Assembly: GCA_964016885.1 (NCBI GenBank)
Contig: OZ024742.1
Location: 220,348,001 to 220,412,000, forward strand
Source of the DNA: Eledone cirrhosa
Lineage: Eukaryota
Direction: 5' to 3'
DNA: 64,000 nucleotides
Position numbers and translations under genes: made by a program. Positions within the stretch are counted from its first letter, which is position 1, and each line of letters begins with the position of its first letter. Under the pieces are notes generated by a model, which saw only the letters and a program-made list of their open reading frames with translations, had not been told where the DNA came from and did no database searches. This document shows, one piece after another, positions 53,263-64,000 of this stretch.

Positions 53263-53819
53263 GGATTAACAAATAATAGTTAAATGCAGTCCACTTAACT
53301 ACAGTATCAACTGGTCGAAGTTGTCGGCTGCTAAAACCTATAGTACAGGGATGTCCCATTGCGGGCTTTGTGATCTTGAGCTATTGTAGATCCTTAGAAA
53401 TGTTAAAAGGCTACTTAACAATAAGTTAGAAAGATCTATCTTCTGCAGACATAGAATAGCCACTAAATTCATAAGATTCAAACCTCCGTGAATCGAACCA
53501 ACATAACATAGCTTTAAATTAGGATACCTACTACCCACAGAATTATATTCTTTAAGTGTACTATATCCTTCACAAGTCTATACCACACAATAGTCTGTAA
53601 GTACCTCATCTACCAACAATCTTACTCCTTCTCAGCTGCTGCCATCATTTGATCCTAAATCCTAGTTTTTCTCATTTCACTACTACAATGTTACTTTACC
53701 TTCTTTTTGCCATAATTACAATTAGCACGCTTTTCTCTTTGCATGTATGTATATTTTTGTACGAGTGTATATTGATGTGTATGTATGTGTCTATGTACAC
53801 ATGCATGTGTATATATGTG

Positions 53820-53866
<47 letters not shown>

Positions 53867-53899
53867 GTAAATATATGCGTATATTAATTCGTTAACCTC

Positions 53900-55079
53900 T
53901 GTATTAACTCTACAACTATTTAGCTTTGACATGTTCAAAACATTGTAAGCGATGACCAACTCCAAATTTATACCGCGCACCTCCGTGCGCTACAAGACAA
54001 CATGAGAGAACGGTTTGTCAACCTTTTGCCGATGGACATCCCAATGTGGATAGCAGATCCCTTCATAGCTAACGTCGACGATTTGGATGTTAAATTTCAG
54101 GAAGAATTCATTGAACTTCAAGCAGATGACATGATCAAAATTAGATTTCCCAAAATAGGTGAACCCCTTTTTGGGATGCAAGAGGAAATTCAGCATTGAT
54201 TTCCACACCTACATGCAGAGGCTAAGAGATTTTCTCTGCCTTTTCCGAGTTCATACTTAGTCGAGAGGAGGTTTGGTGCCGTTTCCAGACTGCATAGTAA
54301 GTCTCGCAACCGCTACAATGTAATCACACGTGGAGATCTCTGGCTACATCTTAGGAAAATTCAGCCTCATGTCAAAGAGTTAGCTAGACTCCATGAAGCT
54401 CAAGGGTCTCATTGAAATGAGTCAAAGTTAAAGTAAGTTGATTTATCCGAAAACTTGGATATGCTATTGTTACAAAACAAACTAACAATTTTTTTATTTG
54501 TAGTTGCAGTCTGACTGGACTGGAAACCATCTACTACAATTCACTTACTCATTTGTTGTATATATATTTTACCATTTACTAATAAATATACCCTCTCACG
54601 TGGTCATGAAAACCCTCTTCCGTGGTCTCTAAGCTCACAAAGCTGAGGGGACATCAAGTTAGATATCAAAATTTATTCTGTCCATTTCATTAAAGGGAAA
54701 ATTGGAAAGCTTTGAAATGATATAATTGCCACTTTCTTCCAGATAAGAGCACTCTTGGGATAGACAGAGTTGCTCTTGTATAAATGTTCAAAATAGCTGG
54801 TATCGCCTGGTGGGAATATAACAAATTCAACTGGCCATTATTCGTAAAAAAGAACATTTATGTTCCTTTTTTGAAATTTATATATTTTCTTTCAAGGAAT
54901 GTATTTATACTCTCAGTTGCCTGCAATGGTACCTTTGGAATATTGTTAATCAATTTTTTAGTAATCTACTGATATCAAAATCTGTAGTATAGTGAAAAAT
55001 GGAAAAATAGGGTAGAGGGCGTTTCGTGATTTCGAGCGACAAAAGGGGACGTTTGGCCTAAATGGATTGAGAACCTGTG
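53900..55079 (+). mobile_element. hAT (Charlie/Buster) 3' half with terminal repeat
   Basis: WIADPF…FQEEFIELQAD…FPSSYLVERRFGAV…KSRNR…RGDL…IQP…HEAQGSH*. Terminus ttgagaacctgtg. Confidence 0.8.
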
Positions 55080-56414
55080 ATCTAGACTAAGTTTATTGCG
55101 TGTTGCAATTGTTTCGCCGGCAGATAGCTCGAGGCATGATCATTGTGAGGACTGCCTGATTCTACAGCTGCAGGTTCTTCGGACACATGCAATACTTTCG
55201 GAGCAAATTTTCTCACTGGGGTTTTAGCTTCAAAAAACACCTTCAATAAAACATCTTCCACTCTTGTCTTGCCATTGGCTGTTGTTTTTGAACGTCATCT
55301 TAAATTCTGGTCACTATTTGCTACCACACTGGCCATCAGCTATTCTCCGTCCGACACACTTCAATGGAGTCATGCTGGGTTTGGTATCTCACACGTCCGC
55401 TCACACTCGTGAGTACATACCCACAGATACACACGCACATACAAATACACACATACATACACACACACGCAGACACATACGCCTATATGCATACACATAT
55501 GTACGCACACATGTGTAGACACACACACCCATATACATATACACACACACACACACTCCCTCTCCTACACATAGCCAAGCACACCCACACCCATATACAC
55601 ACCAATACACGTCCACTGACGCCTGCCGATATAGCCTCATACATCTGGTCTCACACGCGCAGACACACACCACACGTACACGCATACAAGGACACATATC
55701 AGCGTACCTCTGCACATATACACAAACACGCATAGACATATACATAGACACACACGCGCACACACACACATAGACGCCTGTCCTTATCAATAAGGACAGG
55801 CAACAAGGACGGACACACTTCAAAAGAAACCAACACACATACAGACAAGTATATATATATCTACACATATGTATATGTACACGCACATAAACATACAACC
55901 AAACCCTGTCCTATGTGGGTGTACCTACACACACATACACCCACACCCCCAGACACATACACACACACACACACAGGCACACAGGCACACAGACACATAC
56001 ATTCACTGACTCATACATTCCAACAAATATTCGCCCAACTACCTCCGTGTACACTTACATCCACAAAGAAGATACACGCACGCATGTATATATCTCTGTC
56101 CTTACCCCAATGTGATATACTCACAGTCATATAAGTCTGCACAAAAGGTCATACAGGGTCATCCATGGAAGGATGCATCCTGTTATACTTGCACAAATAT
56201 AAACCATGTAACCTTACACATATGTCCATACACATACATGCAAGCATACATACACATATATAAAGATATATAAATAAATACATAAATAAATGAGTAAGCA
56301 AATAGAAAAATAGAAGAGTAAAAGAATTTTAAAATAAATAAAAAGGTAAAAAAATATAAGTGTATATATGTATATGTATATATATATATACACACACATA
56401 TATATATACACACC

Positions 56415-56499
<85 letters not shown>

Positions 56500-57290
56500 G
56501 TGAGGTTTTTTTTAACAAAATGAAAAATAACCGAGGTGTCCTGCACGAGTGAAAGTATAAAGAAAAAGAGATGAAATCGAAAATGCAACTGGAGTCTTTT
56601 TAAAATATATATATATTTTTATTTGGTTCCTTTACCAGTTTCGCAGTTCTTCTGCTTTTCAAAAGGTGAGTTGAGATGGAGGGTCTGTGGTATTTCTCAC
56701 ATCTGGTTGGTCTCTGAATGTTACTTGTTTTATATGGAAAAAGTGGCTCGAAATGCCAGGTTTTTCGAGAAGTAATTTGATTGGTTTGTCAATAATTATA
56801 ATAAATTTCGCGCCAGTTCGCGTTACAATAGTTCTTCAAATAAGAGGGGGGGGTGTTTGTCACAAGTTGTTTTTTCATATATGAGTGTTTGAATTTCTTT
56901 TTACTTGAAAAAAGGGGCTCACGATGGCTTTTTTGGGGGTTGGTTATAAATGAAATTATGGCTGTCACGTGAACAAGTTTTCATTAAATTTTCGTGCCCT
57001 TATTTGGAAATCCATTCTGTAGCCTTTTTAGAGAATTTTATGATAAGTGAAAGATAATGGTCAAGAGAAAGGGATGGGAGAATTGTTCTGGTTCAGTGAA
57101 TATGGTTAGTTCGCTGGGGTGTCAGAATTCAGATTTTCTATTGAATAAAGAAAGTAAAGATATGTATGTTTATTTGTGTGCTTGTGTGTGTGTGTGCGTG
57201 TGTGTGTGTGTTGTGTGTGTGTGTGTTTGAATTTCTTTACTTAAATAAAAAGGTGGCTCACGAAGGCTTTTTTTTAATAAACGTGATTTG

Positions 57291-57326
<36 letters not shown>

Positions 57327-57792
57327 TGCATATATATACACATACACACATACACATATGTACCCACGCACACATACACACCCACATATAAACGTACATA
57401 CACACATACATACAGATCTATAAAAAAACCTACAATTTACTTAATATGCATTTAACGTATACCTTCAAAGATGTAACTAGTATTACACATGCACGGATAT
57501 AAATATTATAATCATATACATGCATCCATACACATTCACGTACCACGTATATATATGTGTGTATATACACACACATATATACACACACATACATATATAT
57601 ATATACACACATACACACACATATATACACACATATACACATACATACATATAGACACACACATACGCACACACACATACTTACGCATATATACATACAT
57701 ATATATATATATACACATATACATATATATCTACATATACCTACACACACACATACACACACACATATAAAACTCTACATGCATACACACAC

Positions 57793-57841
<49 letters not shown>

Positions 57842-57920
57842 CACGCATATGCACACACCTGCACATACGTATATGTACCTACACAGACATATGCTTACAC
57901 ATATGCATATATAAAAACAG

Positions 57921-57956
<36 letters not shown>

Positions 57957-57960
<4 letters not shown>

Positions 57961-58145
57961 TTAATATAGATGAGATTCTACAGGACTAGAACTGTTTCAT
58001 TCTTCAGAAATCATCTTCCTGATGATTTCTGAAGAATGAAACAGTTCTAGTCCTATAGAATCTCATCTATATTAAAACTTTTATACTCTGCAATGTATTG
58101 AGTACCTTACTTACGGTGGTTACCTCCGATTCAACCCGGAATAAC

Positions 58146-58147
<2 letters not shown>
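57957..58147 (+). mobile_element. Self-inverted PLE mini-insert with hammerhead remnant
   Basis: Arms 57957-58015 and 58021-58079. CTGATGA tttc tgaa gaat GAAA cag TT at 58019-58046, TTGAGTAC tail, (TA)n on both sides. Confidence 0.75.
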
Positions 58148-58184
<37 letters not shown>

Positions 58185-58337
58185 CAAGATGTATGGTAGG
58201 TCGTATGTGAATCGCAATGATCACGTCTGACCTACCAAATATGTGACGGTAGCTAGTTAAGCTCTATGCGTATACGCAGAGCAGAAATATTAGTGAAAAA
58301 AAACAAAGGAACTATTATGACATTATAACGAGTTTAT

Positions 58338-58384
58338 TGCCGACAGCCGTTTCGTCCGACCATATGGTGGGACTTTTCAAGGCA
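58338..58384 (-). ncRNA. Hammerhead with U3-A8 core, GUC site
   Basis: ugcc UUGAAAA gucc c acc auau ggu c ggac GAAA cggcug UC ggca. Confidence 0.75.
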
Positions 58385-59895
58385 TATAACATGTGATTGT
58401 AGGATCATTATTTACATCAACGTATCACTCAAGGCTAGCAGTTTGAAATTGTGGTATACATCAGCAGCTCCGCTTGTATAGTTGGGGTCTATATTCTAAG
58501 GGGGCTCTTTTATATTAGTTGTCGGGGTCAGGGATTGAAGGTTAAAAATTAGATAATATATAATTTAGATAATATATAATTTACGCATTAATAGTAAACT
58601 AAAAGACTTGGGATCCCGTAGAAGCACCTTTAAAAATCTCTCAATAAGTGCATAAAGCTTACAGGCTCCAATAAGCCTAATAAACTAGAAGAAATTAAGA
58701 GGCTAATAAAATAAAAAATAAAAATATAGAGTTTCCCTAAAAAATATAAAGTTTCCTATGAAATTCCTTCGAGAGAAAAAATTTTTTTTCCCAAACAAAA
58801 AAACTTTCTTCCCCCGAGATCACGTTTACAAATTTCTGAAAACTTACGGAGTTTTGATATTCCCTACTAAGTTGAAAGAAACTAATCACTTAAAGGTTAA
58901 TTCAAAGAGCCTTCTATAAATCTCTCAGAAAAGGCCCCTTTAATATTTTTAATAGGAACTTCCTCCGAGAGACCCTTCGAAGAATTAAAATTTTAGAGAG
59001 CCTTTAAGGATATATATAAAAACGAATTGAGGAAAATTATACATTAAAAGTTAAAAATTACGGTATTTGGGATATCCGAGGAATTTTCAAAGGGCTGCTT
59101 CAACAGATACAACTTAGGCATAATAGATACAATAATTTAAGTAATTTAAGTAATTTAATTAGGGAGCAATTCAAAGAGTTTATCAAGTTGGGCAAGATTA
59201 AAGAAAGTGGTAAATAAGAAAATACATAAGCAAAAAGACAATAATTATAACATGTATTTTTAAGAAGGTATAAGGTAGCTTCAGTAATCTAACATATATA
59301 TATATATATATATTTAAAAGAATAGAGGTGTAACACACGAGTTGTGATATATTGGTAAAAGGAAAAGAAAATGCTGACAAATTGTTCCCAGTGAAAAATA
59401 GTTTAATTAGGAATAAGTAAAAATTAGTAACAAGTATTGGTTAGTATTCAGTTTTGGTTTTAAGTTTTTACGGTTGCGCATTTCTAATGCTTTTCAAAAA
59501 TAATTTTGTGATAGAGCGCCTGTGATGTTTGCTCTAATCTGATCAGTTTTGGAAATTCTACCTGTTTTATGTGAAAAAAGTGGCTCCAGAGGTATTAAAA
59601 TAAGTTTTGCGCCAATTCGTGTTGCAAAAATTTATGTGGTCAAAACAATTTTGATTGGTCGGTAGAGGTCACGTGAATGTTAAAAATTGATTTTGCGCCA
59701 AATGTAGGCTTGTCGAAGAGTGTCTTTTTTCGCCTGATTGAGAAGTCACTGAAAAATAAGTCTTTTAAGACAAATATGTGTGTGTGTGCGTGTGTGTAGT
59801 AAAGAGGTTCATTGTTGTGATAATGGTCAGTAGGGATGTGTGTGTGAATTGCAGTCATGTTGACAGGTCAACAGTTCAGGTGCCTATTAAGACAA

Positions 59896-59929
<34 letters not shown>

Positions 59930-60513
59930 CAGAGTAATTCGTGGTAGAAGGATCGGTCAGTAGGAATGTGTCTGTACATGTGTGGGGGATATTTTAAGAT
60001 GTTAAAAGATATTTTTCAGCTCTTGTCTTATACGCAGAAGTGTGTGTGTATGTCTCTTTGTATGTTAGTGTACGCGTGTGTATGTGTGTGTGTATATGTG
60101 TGTATGTGTGTGTGTATGTGTGTGGGTGGGTGGACCAGTATTTTTGTGATACTTGTAAAAATGGTGTACATTATTCGATATTTTCAGCACGATTCTCTCA
60201 AGAGAACATCAAAAACATTAATAATAAAAGGTGTGAAATGATATATAGTATTGTCATAACACCAAGGTGTGTGTGAGTGTCCAGATTGTACGTACTGCAA
60301 GGGGAATCCATTAGGCCCTGCCGTATTGGAATACTTGTGTACAAATATGTATGTGCCCATCAGTGTGCAATGCATGTGTGCGCATATGTATGTGTGTGTG
60401 TCGGCACATATATATATATACATATAAATGAAAAGTATAGAAATTATTGTAGCAAGAAGCCAACAGTATTCCATACAACTCCAACATCGACGGAGAGCAA
60501 TTGTATGAGGAAA

Positions 60514-62216
60514 TTCCTCATACAATTGCTCTCCGTCGATGTCGGAGTTGTATAGTTCCGCAGGACTGTTGCACCTTTGTTTAAGGACAAGGTTATCAGG
60601 AGCAGCCAAATAAAACAGATAGTTGACATCAAGAAGAAAGCCAAAACTTGAGTCGGTTTCCTTAAGTCGAATAAACGGTTCTTCCATTTCGGCGTCCTCA
60701 GTAATTTCGGTATTGGTTTGTCGTCTTCCTCGCCTCCTCGGAAAATCGACATTCCATTTCTGGCAGAAGCCCATTTCAAGAGACTCGTGGATTAAGGATG
60801 TTCCTTCTTCTTTAAAATAAAGTTGAAGGGCTCCTATATCAGCTGCAGCATCGTGAAAATTCATTCTTGGATCTTGAAGTCTCTTTTGAACCCCGTCAAT
60901 TCGTGAGAGAATCGTGTTCCAGAATCCAATCAAGTTCAGGAATTCATAACTCAGTATCCGATTATGGACATTACTGGCATCACTTCTACTCTCGCATGTC
61001 TCTGTTTCATCATCACTAATATTTTCGAGAACTTGAACAATCAGCGTCAAATAATTTGTCACCGGTCTGACTGCGGTACATCTAGCACTCCACCGCGTGT
61101 CGGAAGGATATTTAACAACCACTGGAGCAACTTCTTTAAGGGCTTCCCATCGTCGTGTTGAACGAGAAAAAAAGTTGTATAACGAGTCAATGCAACTGAA
61201 AAAGTTCATCATAGCAGAATCGTTTTTGGCTGCATGAAGACCAGCCAGATTAAGTGAATGGTTATCGCAATTAACGAAGTGAATTATATTATTCTTCTCT
61301 CTCATTCTCTGCTGAACCCCACTGCGGTGCCCAGCCATTATGGCAGCATTGTCGTAGCACTGCGATCGACAGTTCTGCAGTGGTAGGTCACCTTTTTCTA
61401 GCTCTTTCACGATTGTTTCAACAAGGCTTGCGGCATCTATTTTGATTACTTGAATGAATCCAAGAAAAAATTCCTTCCCAACGACCGTCTTCATATTGAA
61501 ATCAACATATCGCACAACTTTTAACAGTTGTTCTCGGTGCGCTTGGTCGAATCAATCAGCAGACCATAGTATCTTGCTTTTTGGATATGATTTAGTAAAT
61601 TTTGACGAACTGTATTATAGAAGAAAACATTGAACCATCTAAACTGGAGTCAAATTGAATTCATAATAGAAGCTATCCGATCCTATCTGGCCATTTGGAT
61701 TATGATACCTTTTCTATACGTCTTATGTACCAGTTGTAAAAGACAAACTACTCTGTTTTGTAAACCAGCTTCATAATTATAATTATCTTGTATTGGTCAT
61801 TGCAATGCATTGCTAAAAATAGCGCCTGCGTGTCCACCAGTTGCACGTCCAAAACTACGTCCCTTCAGTCAGTGGGGGTGGGAGTTGTGAGGTCAAGTGA
61901 GGTATCGGCTGTTTTGTAATGTATAGCTAAAAATAGCGCCCGCATAATTGCAACCCACCCTGCTGTCAGTGTGGAGGGGGGGGGGGGGGGGCGTTTTTGT
62001 GAAGTCAAATCAGACATCTGCTCTGTCTAGTGCACTAGACATGGCGTGGAAGTCGGCTATCAAGAAATCACATGCTTGATTTTTGGCTTATATTTTTAAA
62101 AATGATAAAAACGACATGGATGTAAATCGATCTAGGTCGAAATTGCGCCCCCCCCCCCCCCTAAATATGGCGCTCGTGGCATGTGCCCTGCTTTCCATAC
62201 CCTAGCTACGCCACTA
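60514..62216 (-). mobile_element. hAT (Tip100/ZMYM-like) transposon, 3'-truncated
   Basis: VRYVD…EFFLGFI; CRSQCYDNAAIMAG..SGVQQR; FVNCDNHSLNL; SDTRWSAR. TIR tagctacgccact at ~62203-62215. ORF text beyond ~60514 is read-through into non-TE sequence. Confidence 0.9.
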
Positions 62217-62284
62217 TATATATATATATATTCAGTAATTAGGAATATTCCAAAGCTTGGTAGAACAAGTTGTGAGGAAAGTTA

Positions 62285-62696
62285 TCAACATACGTTAAGG
62301 TGACTGGGGAGGGTCATATTTGTGTAATATTGCCAGAATTAATAAATATATAGACAGACTAAATAAAAATGGCGTAGACATACAATGTAACGGGAGGAAA
62401 CAATAGCACCACTGACGATGTTGCAGATGTGCAACGAAAGAACTTTGATAAACTATATATATGTGTTTGTGTCTACATTGTATCTGTATTATTTTTGACC
62501 GTTGGTCAGTCAATGGCAACATTGAGGACCGAATAAATTAGATTACCGATATAAAAGACACAGAAGCGAAAAGCGAAAACCAACCAAACAGTAAGTGTGT
62601 TCTGTTATTAATTCTGGCAATATTACACAAATATGACCCTCCCCAAGTATAACAATATTTGTTTCGACACACGATTTCATATAAAATACCTCGCAA

Positions 62697-62700
<4 letters not shown>
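62285..62700 (+). mobile_element. PLE-like insert with inverted segment
   Basis: 62306-62345 is the reverse complement of 62605-62644. Internal hammerhead; ends in (TA)n. Confidence 0.6.
62408..62449 (+). ncRNA. Minimal hammerhead motif
   Basis: acca CUGACGA u guugca gaug ugcaac GAAA gaac UU ugau. Confidence 0.65.
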
Positions 62701-62761
<61 letters not shown>

Positions 62762-63154
62762 TTGGCAGCTAAATAGTATGACAGACAGGCAGACACACAA
62801 ACAAACAGAGATCTTCAATACCCCCAACTGAGTTGTGTTATGGTTTGTCGCGACCAAGGCAGACGTAAGAGTATTTCTGTTATCAGCGATTGTACAACAG
62901 TTGTTGTCAAAGCCTTCATTGCTACTATTGATGTCTTATTACACGCACATACACACACAAACAAACGTATGCAGCTTTCGACAACAAGTGTAGGAAATAT
63001 CCAGCATTACAACACACACACACACGCACACATATAACGTTCATATACATAATACATACATACAGCATGCATGCATGCATACATACACATATACATACCT
63101 GCATACATACATCAAGCATGCATTCATATATATGTTCATACATAATTCATATAC

Positions 63155-63362
63155 ATGGTGGTTGCCAACTCGTTTTCGAGTACGGCCACTACTTTACATC
63201 CATGTAGGAGAACCCCTACCGATGGGCTGAACGAGTGTGACTTTTTAGTCCAGCCAGCGACTTGAACACTCTGGTACAAACACTACACTTGTGACAATTA
63301 TTGACACATAGTGCTGGGCCCATGGTACCATGTGACGACAAGTGCAGAGAGATCTCCAGATA
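63155..63362 (-). mobile_element. Copy of the repeat at 4817-5021
   Basis: High-identity reverse complement. Confidence 0.75.
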
Positions 63363-63513
63363 TCTGTTAGAACACGAAAAGTGTGAAACAACAGAATGTT
63401 CACTTTTCGTGTTCTAACATATATGCGTAACTTCTTCATAAATTTTCCGGGGATAGCCGTGGTGGTGGTGATCGTATGTCATTGGCTAATTTTCAACCAA
63501 TCAGAGTAAGTGT

Positions 63514-63570
<57 letters not shown>

Positions 63571-63571
<1 letters not shown>

Positions 63572-63960
63572 TATTCCCCCTCTCTATATATATATCTTAC
63601 GCTTTCGCTTTACACTCCTCCCCTTCAATAACACATTTCCCCCTCTCTATATATCTCTTATACTGTTACACTTATATTTCCATTTATTTATTACCCCCTC
63701 TCTCTATATCTCTTCCACTGTTACTTACGCCTGTTTCTCTCTATCTGTTCCGTCTCTATATATATCTCTCTTACTCTTTCGCTTTGCACTCCTCCCCTTC
63801 AATACCATCTCTCCCCCTCTCTATATATTTGTTACTCTATCGCTGCACGCTCCTCTCCTTCAATATATCAATTACACACTTACGCTTTACACTCCTTTAT
63901 CCCCAGCGCCCCTATATATATACACCCCCCCCCGCATCTATATTTTAATGTTCCGTTGCA
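63571..63960. repeat. Degenerate CT/TA-rich satellite-like tract
   Basis: Recurring ccccctctctatatatctc units. A similar tract lies at 25280-25520. Confidence 0.7.
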
Positions 63961-64000
63961 CCGTGAATATATGTGTCTATATATATATACATATATATTG

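Noticed and set aside
60184-60513. C-terminal ~110 aa of the 443-aa hAT ORF as a domesticated fusion
   Set aside because: It is read-through across the foldback into microsatellite-rich sequence, and the transposase lacks its start and C-terminal domain.

Overview
AT-rich, microsatellite-dense, intergenic or intronic animal DNA. The dominant tRNA-derived SINE (…GCCTTTCATCCTTACGGGGTCGATAAAATAAAGTACC…) points to an octopod cephalopod; this is from memory, not a database search. No intact host gene is evident, and most ORFs in the supplied track are (TA)n/(CA)n artefacts. Recognisable content: a near-full-length decayed Tx1/L1-clade LINE (~19.8-25.3 kb, +) joined to a fragment of a related copy; a near-complete R4/Dong-like RT+restriction-like-endonuclease retroelement (49.2-52.6 kb, -) plus a 3' fragment of a relative, both in (CATA/TA)n; CRE-clade, CR1/L2-group and RTE fragments; several hAT remnants and MITEs; Tigger-like MITEs; three Helitron pieces; and many SINEs. 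The main signal outside the ORF track is about 19 minimal type-I hammerhead ribozyme motifs from at least 10 unrelated sequence families. Most lie in short, often self-inverted inserts between (TA)n tracts, and one is linked to a Penelope-type GIY-YIG C-terminus. They show recurrent core variants (U3-A8, A4, U-U at the base of stem II, long stem II inserts) and a shared TTGAGTAC motif typically 40-50 nt from the 3' end. All folds and alignments were done by eye, and boundaries are approximate.
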